Assembly: GCA_001792215.1 (NCBI GenBank)
Contig: MGGC01000033.1
Location: 2,527-66,526, forward strand
Length of the DNA stretch: 64,000 nucleotides
Source of the DNA: Candidatus Woesebacteria bacterium RIFCSPHIGHO2_01_FULL_38_10
GTDB taxonomy: Bacteria > Patescibacteriota > Microgenomatia > UBA8517
Reading direction: 5' to 3'
A model generated the notes under the pieces. The model was given only the letters and a program-made list of their open reading frames with translations. It had not been told where the DNA came from and did no database searches. Below are positions 19,773 through 28,286 of this stretch, piece after piece. The position numbers were made by a program, and so were the translations under genes. How positions within the stretch are numbered: position 1 is the first letter of the stretch; every line of letters starts with the position of its first letter.

Positions 19773-21344
19773 AGTAGGACGAGAGGGTCGCAAAGACCCC
19801 TTTTGGGTTGATTTATCGGGCAATTCGTTAGGTTCGAAAATCTTCGCTCCATTTTTTGCCAAATTAGCCACTTTCGAACCGTTAGTCTCAAGCACTGCAT
19901 TGTGTATCAGTTTGAAGGCTTTGGAATACTCGTAAGCCAGAACTCCTTGGGTTAGGGTCATGTTAGTAAATACCAGATTGATAAGTCGTCTTTGTTCTTC
20001 CAAAAGGTGGCATTCTTTGGCTCGCAGGTAGATTTCTTTGGCTCTCTGGGAGAGTTCATAAAGGTTAATCCCCAAATCAAAGTGGTTATTCTTGGCTTTG
20101 GTATGTTTCTCAATCGCTGCCACAATGTCTGCCTTCTCTTGGGTATATTGCCTGAATTTCTGGTCATAAAAGGCTTTGGTGATCTTTTCATCCAGTTTGT
20201 CGTCATACAGGCGGTCTAAGCGCTTCTCAACCTGCGCCAGGCGGATTTGTAGTTCTTTGAGGCTGCTGGTTTCGTATTCAGTGGCATCCTGATGGCTTTC
20301 TTTGAGAGCCTTTTTAAGCCATTCGGCAATATGGCTGTTTTTTAACTGTAGTCCTTCAAAGCCTGTTAATAGCTGGTTCTCAATCACATCCTCTCTTGTC
20401 CATTTCTTCTGGGAGCAGTTGCGGTAGTGATTACAATGTCCATAGATAATGTTCTTGTGAATTTCCCAGGTGACCGTGCCTTTACACTCGGCGCATTTGA
20501 GTAATTGCTTAAAGAGAAACATATGTCTATTTATTTTAGGTGTATTTTTACCAGCCAGCACTAACTGTATCTTATCAAAAATCTCCTGACTTATTAAAGG
20601 CTCATGTTTGCCCTGATAAATCTCTCCGTTCCACCTGATCTTACCGATGTAAAACGGGTCTTTGAGAAGTTGATGGACACGGCTTTTGTAGATTCTGCCT
20701 CCTGTTGACGAGCGAAGTCCCGCCTCAAACATTAAATCAGCCAGTTTTTTGACCGAGCAGTCTCCTTCTGAATACTGTTCAAGGAATCTGCTTATAAGAG
20801 GAGCGGTGATTTCATCCTGGACATGGGTTTTATGTCCACGCTCACCAACGGTTTTATATCCTGGCAGTGGTCGGCAAGGTAACCATCCCTGTGACAGCTT
20901 CTCCTTTTGCCCCTTCTTTACTTCCTCGGATAAGTTATCAATGTAGTTTTTGGCAAAGATAATGCGCACACCCCAATTGAGTTTGTCTTGGGAGCGGGAG
21001 TTTTTGTGGAGGATAAGGGAATCTTTGACCAGATGGACTTGGCGTTCTTCGTCCTCCTCCAGCCATTCGTCGATCATCACCGCATCTTTAAAGTTTCTGG
21101 TTAAGCGGTCAACCTTCTCGCAAATGATAATTTTAATGTTGTTTTTCTTAACATACTCCGTCATGGATGAGAAGATCTCTCGTTGTTTCCTCCCGCTTGC
21201 CGATTCAGAGATGGAGAAGATTTTAGTCACTCCAAAGACCAGCTTCTCGGCGTAGCCCTTGAGTAGCTTCTCCTGGGCTGGCAGTGAGTAGCCTGTTTCT
21301 TCTTGTTCTCGACTTGATACTCGGCAGAGCAGGACAGCTTTCAT
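19740..21344 (-). CDS. large serine recombinase (integrase)
   Basis: CRVSS catalytic Ser, SESAS, KVDRLTRN, recombinase domain, CAECKG/CNHYRNC zinc ribbon, coiled coil; last codons read through tRNA antisense. Confidence 0.95.
   Translation of the reverse strand: MKAVLLCRVSSREQEETGYSLPAQEKLLKGYAEKLVFGVTKIFSISESASGRKQREIFSSMTEYVKKNNIKIIICEKVDRLTRNFKDAVMIDEWLEEDEERQVHLVKDSLILHKNSRSQDKLNWGVRIIFAKNYIDNLSEEVKKGQKEKLSQGWLPCRPLPGYKTVGERGHKTHVQDEITAPLISRFLEQYSEGDCSVKKLADLMFEAGLRSSTGGRIYKSRVHQLLKDPFYIGKIRWNGEIYQGKHEPLISQEIFDKIQLVLAGKNTPKINRHMFLFKQLLKCAECKGTVTWEIHKNIIYGHCNHYRNCSQKKWTREDVIENQLLTGFEGLQLKNSHIAEWLKKALKESHQDATEYETSSLKELQIRLAQVEKRLDRLYDDKLDEKITKAFYDQKFRQYTQEKADIVAAIEKHTKAKNNHFDLGINLYELSQRAKEIYLRAKECHLLEEQRRLINLVFTNMTLTQGVLAYEYSKAFKLIHNAVLETNGSKVANLAKNGAKIFEPNELPDKSTQKGSLRPSRPTWLPSHDSNVD
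19783..19804 (+). terminator. intrinsic terminator after tRNA-Gln, supplied by the element
   Basis: GGGTC-GCAAA-GACCC followed by CTTTT. Confidence 0.55.
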
Positions 21345-21390
21345 AGGTTTTTGTTGCTAACACAACACATAAATGAAACTTCAAGTAATA

Positions 21391-21993
21391 TCAACTTGAA
21401 CTATCATCTTTGTTGTCCTCTAACTGTTTTTTATTAAATTCCATTTCTAACTTTGTTATTTCCTTTGACAATTTTTCCTCTTCTGGGGTAAGGGGTTTTT
21501 GCTCTGCTTCGTCAATGCCTCCTACTATCTGATGTTTGCCGATTGATTCTCCAAATTCTGTCCTGTGCATTTCCCATAATGCTTTGACTTCCTGGACAGT
21601 TGCTGGCTCGCCTGCCTGCATTTGCTTTTTTAATGCCTGCAGTTTACTCCAGAATGCTTCCGTGATCAGATATGCTCTTTTCTGCCTGATTTGAGTTGAC
21701 TTCTTTTTCAAGCTCTCCAAGTCTTCTGTTAACTTCTTATCTGCCCGTTTAATCCACTGGTATTTAACCGACCAGCGTTCAATCGTCCTTTCTGAGGGTA
21801 AATTCCCAAGTTTAGTGCCAAAAATCACCGACAACTCTCCTACAGGATTCCGACATATTTGCTGCCATGCTTGGATCAGCTTGGAAACACTTCCTACTTC
21901 GCAATAAAGGAGGAATGCAGTATATTGACTTTCTGTCTCTCCAGGCATCTTTGAAGTTATTAGTTTTTCTGGTTGGTCACTTATTTTGTTCAT
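21391..21993 (-). CDS. HTH protein resembling phage terminase small-subunit-like proteins
   Basis: GETESQYTAFLLY...GSVSKL...RTIERWSVKYQWIKRA pattern plus coiled coil. Confidence 0.5.
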   Translation of the reverse strand: MNKISDQPEKLITSKMPGETESQYTAFLLYCEVGSVSKLIQAWQQICRNPVGELSVIFGTKLGNLPSERTIERWSVKYQWIKRADKKLTEDLESLKKKSTQIRQKRAYLITEAFWSKLQALKKQMQAGEPATVQEVKALWEMHRTEFGESIGKHQIVGGIDEAEQKPLTPEEEKLSKEITKLEMEFNKKQLEDNKDDSSS

Positions 21994-22204
21994 GTTTTTT
22001 TATCCTCCTGTAAAATATCTGGTCAATCTTATTAGCTGCCCTAATTCGTTCTCCCATAGGCAGCGATTCGTCGTCGGCTTTATTAAGATGTCTTTCAAAA
22101 ACTGCATAACTTCTTGGATTCCAAGAGCTATAAATTCCTACTCTCAATAAAAGAGATCGAGCTTGTTTTCTTTCTAACTTTGTTAACAATTCTCGATGTT
22201 TCAT
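21977..22204 (-). CDS. hypothetical protein (75 aa)
   Basis: Overlapping stop/start coupling within the element operon. Confidence 0.7.
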   Translation of the reverse strand: MKHRELLTKLERKQARSLLLRVGIYSSWNPRSYAVFERHLNKADDESLPMGERIRAANKIDQIFYRRIKKHEQNK

Positions 22205-22560
22205 GGTTGTTTTGTTTTTGAAACTTGTTTATTAAAAATCTTGTCTACTTTCTCCCTAAATTCCTGATACTTTTCTGGCGATACTGGTTCATATGGCGCT
22301 TCGGTTGCTCTTCCTGGAAGTGTCTTAGAATCTTTAAGAAATCTTCTCTCTCGATAAAAATCAGTAATATAAGGAATGGCAATCGTAAATGTTTGAAACA
22401 CAATTGCCCCACGGTCACCCCTTGCCATTGCTTCCTGAACTAACCTGGCTTGATTTTTCGACAGCTGATACTCCCTCTTTGAAACCGTGATAACTGTCCA
22501 AAGCTCCTCAAAATCATCGTCATTTAATGTGCCTGGCGTCAATTCCTCTTTTGCTGACAT
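22201..22560 (-). CDS. hypothetical protein (119 aa) downstream of replication initiator
   Basis: Overlapping ORF in tightly packed operon. Confidence 0.7.
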   Translation of the reverse strand: MSAKEELTPGTLNDDDFEELWTVITVSKREYQLSKNQARLVQEAMARGDRGAIVFQTFTIAIPYITDFYRERRFLKDSKTLPGRATEAPYEPVSPEKYQEFREKVDKIFNKQVSKTKQP

Positions 22561-23242
22561 GTTCGCTCGCCTCCTTTCTGATCTGTATTGCGTCTCGTTT
22601 TACAAAATTCCATAGGGTTGCCAACCAATTTTTTCGAACCTTACCAGTTGATTCGTGCCAATTCACCATGTCGTCATATTTGCTCATAACAAAGGCAAGC
22701 GAAACCTGATAACGCTGCGCTGTATCCTGGAACTCAGCTTCGCCAAGGCTGGTAATGTCAGAATACTTTCCTTTAAGAGGAACTAAAACTTTCTCTTTAT
22801 TTATTTCTCTTTCAGTATCTGAAGAAATCTCTGAAGTAGTCTCTGGGATAGATTGTTGGTTTTCTTCAAATAAGTTTGTGGAATTTCCACAAACAAGTTT
22901 GCTGATATTCCCCAGATTGAGTTTGAAATGCCGTTTTGCAGGTATACCTTTTCGTTTAACTTCAACGAGTTTTAGATTTTTAATTTTCTGAATTGCCCCA
23001 TCCTGTTCATACCTTGAAAGAGCAGTTTCTTCCTCAATCTCGTCGATAGTTTTATAGATCCACTCTGGGTTTTGACCTTTTCCCCACCAGTATAAAAGTT
23101 GTGATAACAACAATCCTGCCTTTACCGATCCTATTGCTTTTGCTAATAAAGGATTGAAGGCTATGGGTTTGATACTTAGAACTTCCAACAATTTCTTGTT
23201 GTAGTTCGGACTACTGGTTTTATGTGTTTGGTTATTTTCCAT
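22520..23242 (-). CDS. phage-type replication initiator (N-terminal wHTH)
   Basis: PIAFNPLLAKAIGSVKAGLLLSQLLYW...ETALSRYEQ...GIPAKRHF; Thr/Glu/Ser linker; C-terminal KNWLATLWNF. Confidence 0.72.
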   Translation of the reverse strand: MENNQTHKTSSPNYNKKLLEVLSIKPIAFNPLLAKAIGSVKAGLLLSQLLYWWGKGQNPEWIYKTIDEIEEETALSRYEQDGAIQKIKNLKLVEVKRKGIPAKRHFKLNLGNISKLVCGNSTNLFEENQQSIPETTSEISSDTEREINKEKVLVPLKGKYSDITSLGEAEFQDTAQRYQVSLAFVMSKYDDMVNWHESTGKVRKNWLATLWNFVKRDAIQIRKEASEHVSKRGIDARHIK

Positions 23243-23411
23243 ACGGTTTACTTTTATTTAGGCAACTTGTTTTCTTCTCTATCTGAGCCAAAGTTTCAAA
23301 ATATCCTAAAAGCGCAACACCCATCTTTGTAACCTCTTGCATGGTTAAATTGAGGCGAAAATCCTCCTCAAGTATTTTTTTCAGTTCCAGTAATAAAGAT
23401 TGGCTGATCAT
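23232..23411 (-). CDS. small hypothetical protein (59 aa), not in ORF track
   Basis: MISQSLLLELKKILEEDFRLNLTMQEVTKMGVALLGYFETLAQIEKK...; fills the gap between adjacent operon genes. Confidence 0.65.
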   Translation of the reverse strand: MISQSLLLELKKILEEDFRLNLTMQEVTKMGVALLGYFETLAQIEKKTSCLNKSKPYGK

Positions 23412-23418
23412 AAGTTTG

Positions 23419-23694
23419 CTACAATTTCTGTTGCCACAGCTTTTCTTTCAAACTTTTGATAACGGCAACAGCTTTCCTAAAATCGACCATTAAATCGGGG
23501 GAATTTTCAGGGGAGAAGTTGAATTGTTGAAGGAGTTCTTTTCTCTGGGGAAAATCTCTGAAGATAAAAACAAACTGCTTGGAATTGTTCTCTGATTTCT
23601 TGATGCCTATAATCTGCCCACCCTTGAGGATCAAAAAGACCGAGGCATAAAAATTGACCGATAAGTAATTTTGGTTTATATTTGCATCAGACAT
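23419..23694 (-). CDS. DUF5659-like small protein, first gene of the replication operon
   Basis: NFYASVFL...IIGI...FVFIF...IKSLKEKL pattern; probable ATG at 23694. Confidence 0.6.
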   Translation of the reverse strand: MSDANINQNYLSVNFYASVFLILKGGQIIGIKKSENNSKQFVFIFRDFPQRKELLQQFNFSPENSPDLMVDFRKAVAVIKSLKEKLWQQKL

Positions 23695-23715
23695 AGGCCG
23701 TTGTTCGCAGCCCAT

Positions 23716-23776
23716 AAAAAAGGACTGCATAACTCCAGCACACTGCCATTTTTTGCGTGTTGCTATCGTGCAGTCC
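23716..23776 (-). terminator. leader terminator upstream of replication operon
   Basis: Minus strand GGACTGCA...TGCAGTCC stem with inner stem, followed by TTTTTT. Confidence 0.6.
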
Positions 23777-23955
23777 GTTTATTGCGTCCGATTATGTCTG
23801 AAAAACCTCTTGCAGGAAAAAAGAGGATTTATGCTTGGCGTTTCGAAGATCCTGCGGCGTGTCCTTTATTGCGTAGTTGCTTTCGTGCGGTCTTGCTGTC
23901 CGAATCCTATTGCTTCACTAATTCCGATTAAAGGCAGATGTGCCTTCTATAAGTA

Positions 23956-23984
23956 ATTCTTACAGAATTTATTCTGATAGTCAA
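23956..23984 (-). promoter_or_regulatory. putative leftward promoter with palindromic operator
   Basis: TTGACT-17-AAGAAT (with TG extension); CAGAAT-TT-ATTCTG palindrome at 23963-23976 in the spacer. Confidence 0.45.
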
Positions 23985-24020
23985 GGGGTAGTGAAAAACC
24001 CTCAAAATTGATAGAATATA

Positions 24021-24160
24021 AGCATAAAGCCTAAACCCTTTTGGGGCATGGCTAAGAAAACCGATCAAGGTAGGAAGCTCCTCGTCAGAGCACCTTGATC
24101 GGTCATATCCCGAAAGGGGTATGGGTAGTCGAAAGGCTATCGCTGGCGGGGAGCTTTTTG
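24021..24160 (+). ncRNA. unassigned highly structured RNA (receptor hairpin, 12-bp stem, two GAAA hairpins, 17-bp long-range pairing)
   Basis: Stems 24060-71/24092-103, 24104-11/24116-23, 24124-30/24135-41, 24072-88/24143-59; G-U pairs and GAAA loops on the + strand; TGATAGAAT just upstream. Confidence 0.72.
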
Positions 24161-24246
24161 TTTGGATTTGACAATCTCCCCGACACGAAGTTAACATGCA
24201 ACACTCAAGGCTAAATTATCGGTTTATGTCTGAGGGGAGGTGAAAA

Positions 24247-25119
24247 ATGAAAATGACAAATAAAAATAAGTCTAATTTTCTACCTGTTATCCTTATCCTT
24301 GCCATAGTTGCCATTCTTGCTGTAGTTTTAGCCCCTCGCATGGTTAGTCAATCAAAGATTGCTCAGACCTTGCAATCCAGCGCCAAGGACAAAGAAGTTG
24401 CAGAGCTTCTGGCTACGATGAGCAAGAACCCAAATAAGGACTCACAGGAGTATAAAGAAGCTCGCCAGAAGTTTTGCCTTTTGACAGCCAGACCAGTAAA
24501 AGAGCGAGAAAAGGCAATCGCCAACATTCGTGAGTTTCTGGGTATACCTGACATCCCAGTGGAGTTCCTTTGTAGCAGGTTTGCGGGTAAGCCAGATGAC
24601 AGCGAGACTGATTATAATAACCCAACCAGCGAACACTATGAAGCTGCACGCCACGGTTTTGAAGTCGATCCAAAAACCAACTACCTCATTGGAGTTGGAG
24701 ACGCCGAGCGCAGGACAGGAAGAAAAGAGGACGGCACCCGCTGGTCTGAACCACTGCCAGAGTATGATTACTCAGGTCGTTACAGCACACCAGAGGAAGT
24801 TAGAAAGGTCGCTGAGAAGTTTCTAACGGATCACAAGGACATTTTTGGTATTGATCTTACTAAGATGACCTACAAGTATGAAGGCACAAAGCCAGGCAAC
24901 TTCTTCATGCACTGGGAAGACAAAAGTGTCTCGGTAACCAAAGAGCATGAAGTCTGTGGGGATGTAGATCAGAACCGAGAGGGCGCATACCAAGACGCCA
25001 AAGGAGTATGGTGCATTAAGCAGAAGTCGACGAATTATCAAAGGATCGACATCGCTATCACCAACGGCGGGCAGATCATTATCTATCGCAACAACATCAA
25101 CGATCTGGACAAACTCTAA
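24247..25119 (+). CDS. secreted/membrane-anchored hypothetical protein (290 aa)
   Basis: N-terminal hydrophobic helix; strong SD GGAGGTG; TTGACA at ~24168. Confidence 0.85.
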   Translation: MKMTNKNKSNFLPVILILAIVAILAVVLAPRMVSQSKIAQTLQSSAKDKEVAELLATMSKNPNKDSQEYKEARQKFCLLTARPVKEREKAIANIREFLGIPDIPVEFLCSRFAGKPDDSETDYNNPTSEHYEAARHGFEVDPKTNYLIGVGDAERRTGRKEDGTRWSEPLPEYDYSGRYSTPEEVRKVAEKFLTDHKDIFGIDLTKMTYKYEGTKPGNFFMHWEDKSVSVTKEHEVCGDVDQNREGAYQDAKGVWCIKQKSTNYQRIDIAITNGGQIIIYRNNINDLDKL

Positions 25120-25152
25120 AACTGGTTGCTTGGTTTCTGCCAATATAAAAAC

Positions 25153-25296
25153 ATGAGAAGAAACTGGATGTTGGGATTTCTGGGGTTTCTTGGACTTCTG
25201 GGGATTCCAGGAATTTTAACCCAAGATTGGAAGGATATACTTTGGCTTCTTTGGCTTGCCTGGTTTACTTATTTTTTACCCCAAAAGAAAAAATAA
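25153..25296 (+). CDS. small Trp/Gly-rich membrane protein (47 aa, DUF3796-like), not in ORF track
   Basis: MRRNWMLGFLGFLGLLGIPGILTQDWKDILWLLWLAWFTYFLPQKKK. Confidence 0.65.
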   Translation: MRRNWMLGFLGFLGLLGIPGILTQDWKDILWLLWLAWFTYFLPQKKK

Positions 25297-25419
25297 CTCC
25301 CTACAGTCTGCAACAAATGCCCAACGAGGCTTCTGAAGCTAAATACAGGTGAAACTATGCCACCCCAGGCACGAAAGGCTGTTACGAGCCAACACAGGGG
25401 GTTACGATTAAGGCAATTC

Positions 25420-28284
25420 TCATATTCTGTATTTTTGTTGCCGTTTCTTGAAGGCTTCCGATCCACCTTCTAACACCTTAACCGCTCTATTCCGAATCTT
25501 AGGTTCTTCTATTGAACCTGAGATATACGAGATTTTTCCGTTGCTATCTCTATTTGCCAAAATAACCTGTTCTGCATCGCTGTTTATAACAACATTGCCG
25601 TTATTGGATACCAAGATAATCTGTCGATACTTTTTAGCTTCTCTTATAGAACCAATAAGCTCGTCCATAATAAATTCGTTATCCAGATGATCATCGTGTG
25701 AGTCGATAATGATAGGTTTGTCTCCTTCAGCTAAATAAATCTTAATAAGAACCGTAGCTTTTTGCCCCAATGAAAGTTTATTAACGCTCGTATTTTTGTA
25801 TTTAACAACGGGGATAACTGTAAGGTAGCTGTCATATAAGAATTTATAGAAATCACCAACACTTATCACACTTGAAGTTTTTATTTTACCTTTCAAGTCA
25901 TTACTCAAGTGCTCAAGCTCATCAACTAAAACATTCACCTTAGTTTCATCGCCAGCTGCAACTGCCTTATAGAATCCTACCAAACCCTTAAACACCCAAG
26001 TATCCCCATCTTCTGGTCTAACCATAACCTTCCTATTGTCGACTACATCCTCTGCATTTTTTAGTAATTGTTTAGAATTAAAATTAACTTCTGCAACAAA
26101 ATCAAGGTCAGAAAGCACCTGTGCCTTGTCTACAGAAAATAACGAGATAATCTCATCGTATTTTTTCTTCAACTCAAGAAATGCAGTAACCATTTGAGTA
26201 AACAGCTCTTTCCTTTCTTTGATCTCAGATGCAAGCTCTTTCTTCTTTTTCTTTAAGTTTTTATTTTCCTCCTCAGCTTTATTTAGAGCAATTTCCGTTT
26301 CCCTCTTTTTATCAAGTAGTGATGTGTGACTTCGTATTCCTGCTTCGAACTGATCAATATCTTTTTGAGCTTTTCCAATGTTCTCAATTGCCTTATTTAT
26401 CTCTTGCTCGATATAATCTAATTTCTCCTGCAATTTGTCTTTATCTGCGTATGCTAAATCAGGGAAGGATTCTGGGACTTTTAACTTCTTAAGCAATTGA
26501 TTGATTGAAGAAATGTAAGAGTTAAATGTTGGAAACTCTTGGTCAATAAAAGCAATCGCCTGTGTTAATTCCTCCTTTAACTTAATGAGCAGGTCTCTCC
26601 TGTTTTTTAAGTTTGCTATGGCTTCTTGCTTTCCTTTTGCGATTTTAACCTTTTTGCTATTCAGACTTTTCTCAAGTTCTGCAATTCTCTGGTTTATGTC
26701 TTTCAATCCTACCTTGAGCTGTTTTTCTTTAACCTTTGCTTTTTCGACAATTTCTGTTTTTGTCGCTTGCTCTGTTGACTCGATTGACTGTGACTTCTGT
26801 AGAATTTTCTGTTTAAGGTCACCAATCTTTGTCTGGATTTTTGAAAATTCGTATTTTTCTACTGAATTTTGTATCTTTGGACTTTGGAAAATTAAGTCAT
26901 TAACATACTCGTCAAGATCCGATTTCTCTCCAATATACTGTTCTAATTCCCCCTGGGCGATATAAGCAATTTGCCCCTCTTCAAAAAACGATAGGTCTGT
27001 AGCTTTTTTTGAAAATGTTGTCTTATCCTTGAAAGTTAACTCAGTTTTTAAGTCAGGGTTCTGATCCGAAATTCTCTTAATAAAAGAGTTCTCGTCGCCA
27101 GAATTAACTCTATCGATGTAACAGTTAGCAATCTGGTCAACAAAGGCTGTCTTACCAGTCCCTTTTCCTCCTGCTACTGCGACTAAGCCTGGATTAAGAT
27201 TTATATCTGTCTTGGCAATAGACAATTCGTCGTTAATTTTCGACTCTGTAATTTTTATCTGGTCGATTGTTAAATTACTTCTGGGTGGTATTGGGCAACC
27301 TGGTTGGATTGAAACTCTATCTTCTGGTTCATATAAAAGCTGTTTTAATCCTTCAAATGTTGGGTCTGCTTCTACCCAACAAAATCTCAAATCACAGGCA
27401 TCAGTCTTTTCACCACACTTATGTGTAGATACACCCCTTTTTGCACACGGGACTCCCACTTCATCAATGCAATGACTGTCTGATCCGTGTATACAAGATT
27501 TCAGAGTCTTAAACTCCTCTTTAAACTTCTTTTCACCTTCTTTATAGGGTTGTTTTCCAAGACACCACTGTATAGTTTTAGGATTAGAGGAAAAAACCAT
27601 ATCCGATTTCTGAAGAAGTCCTTTTCTCATAAGATGATCTTGACCATTCCAGTCAATCAAATTCGACAGTTCTTCGGGAAGAACAAGAAGATATTTTCCC
27701 TTGAAACGGCTATCTCCACTTAATAGCTCTGTTATTTCTTCATGGCTAACAACCGCATTCGATGCACCCAATTCCAGAGGGTTTCTTCCTTTGAAGAGTG
27801 CATGTTGAGATATAAGTTGTTTTCCTAAAACAGTTAAGTTGGATAGTTTTAATTTGCGACTCTCATCCTTGCTCTGGGGGTTACCTTCGTAATAAAAATG
27901 GAGATCATGTAGGAAATGTTCTTCTATATCTTGAGGAGATACTTCATCAGAAAAAATTACATGGTAATTTAGTCTTCGTGGATCAGTTCCGTCTTTTCTG
28001 CTTGAAATGACGCTGTTTAATCGAAACTCAATGTTCGGCAGAACCAACGAGATGTTTTTCAGTCTTCCTGCTTTTCTAAACTCCAGAATCTTCTTATATC
28101 CTTCTATTGAGAAGTAATCCGTTATTCCTACAGCAGCCAGATCAAGCCCCTCAAGTTTTTTAAGAAACTTATTCCAATCTGGCTCACCATTTGCCAGCTT
28201 AGGATATTTATTAGCGAGTATTGAAAGAGGACTGTGAACATGCAAATCCCACTTTCGCCATTCAGAACCTCTTGGATATTCCAT
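25420..28284 (-). CDS. PHP-domain + SMC/ABC-type ATPase (TrlF/Ppl-like defence protein)
   Basis: WRKWDLHVHSP, GITDY, NIEFR, GSDSH; GGKGTGKT; long coiled coil; LSLGQ signature. Confidence 0.88.
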   Translation of the reverse strand: MEYPRGSEWRKWDLHVHSPLSILANKYPKLANGEPDWNKFLKKLEGLDLAAVGITDYFSIEGYKKILEFRKAGRLKNISLVLPNIEFRLNSVISSRKDGTDPRRLNYHVIFSDEVSPQDIEEHFLHDLHFYYEGNPQSKDESRKLKLSNLTVLGKQLISQHALFKGRNPLELGASNAVVSHEEITELLSGDSRFKGKYLLVLPEELSNLIDWNGQDHLMRKGLLQKSDMVFSSNPKTIQWCLGKQPYKEGEKKFKEEFKTLKSCIHGSDSHCIDEVGVPCAKRGVSTHKCGEKTDACDLRFCWVEADPTFEGLKQLLYEPEDRVSIQPGCPIPPRSNLTIDQIKITESKINDELSIAKTDINLNPGLVAVAGGKGTGKTAFVDQIANCYIDRVNSGDENSFIKRISDQNPDLKTELTFKDKTTFSKKATDLSFFEEGQIAYIAQGELEQYIGEKSDLDEYVNDLIFQSPKIQNSVEKYEFSKIQTKIGDLKQKILQKSQSIESTEQATKTEIVEKAKVKEKQLKVGLKDINQRIAELEKSLNSKKVKIAKGKQEAIANLKNRRDLLIKLKEELTQAIAFIDQEFPTFNSYISSINQLLKKLKVPESFPDLAYADKDKLQEKLDYIEQEINKAIENIGKAQKDIDQFEAGIRSHTSLLDKKRETEIALNKAEEENKNLKKKKKELASEIKERKELFTQMVTAFLELKKKYDEIISLFSVDKAQVLSDLDFVAEVNFNSKQLLKNAEDVVDNRKVMVRPEDGDTWVFKGLVGFYKAVAAGDETKVNVLVDELEHLSNDLKGKIKTSSVISVGDFYKFLYDSYLTVIPVVKYKNTSVNKLSLGQKATVLIKIYLAEGDKPIIIDSHDDHLDNEFIMDELIGSIREAKKYRQIILVSNNGNVVINSDAEQVILANRDSNGKISYISGSIEEPKIRNRAVKVLEGGSEAFKKRQQKYRI

Positions 28285-28286
28285 AT

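Noticed and set aside
24026-24053. c-di-GMP-I riboswitch (GCCUAAAC resemblance)
   Set aside because: Lacks the GGCAAACC...GAAA...GGACGCAAA P2 arm; the similarity is explained by a shared tetraloop receptor
24063-24159. Canonical HDV-like ribozyme call
   Set aside because: P1 would be 9-12 bp rather than 7, P2 would be weak, and there is no C-(G/U)-A-A J4/2; kept only as a loose resemblance
23671-24197. ORFs 23671-23931, 23753-23956 and 23928-24197
   Set aside because: They overlap structured regulatory sequence, have atypical composition and show no family motifs
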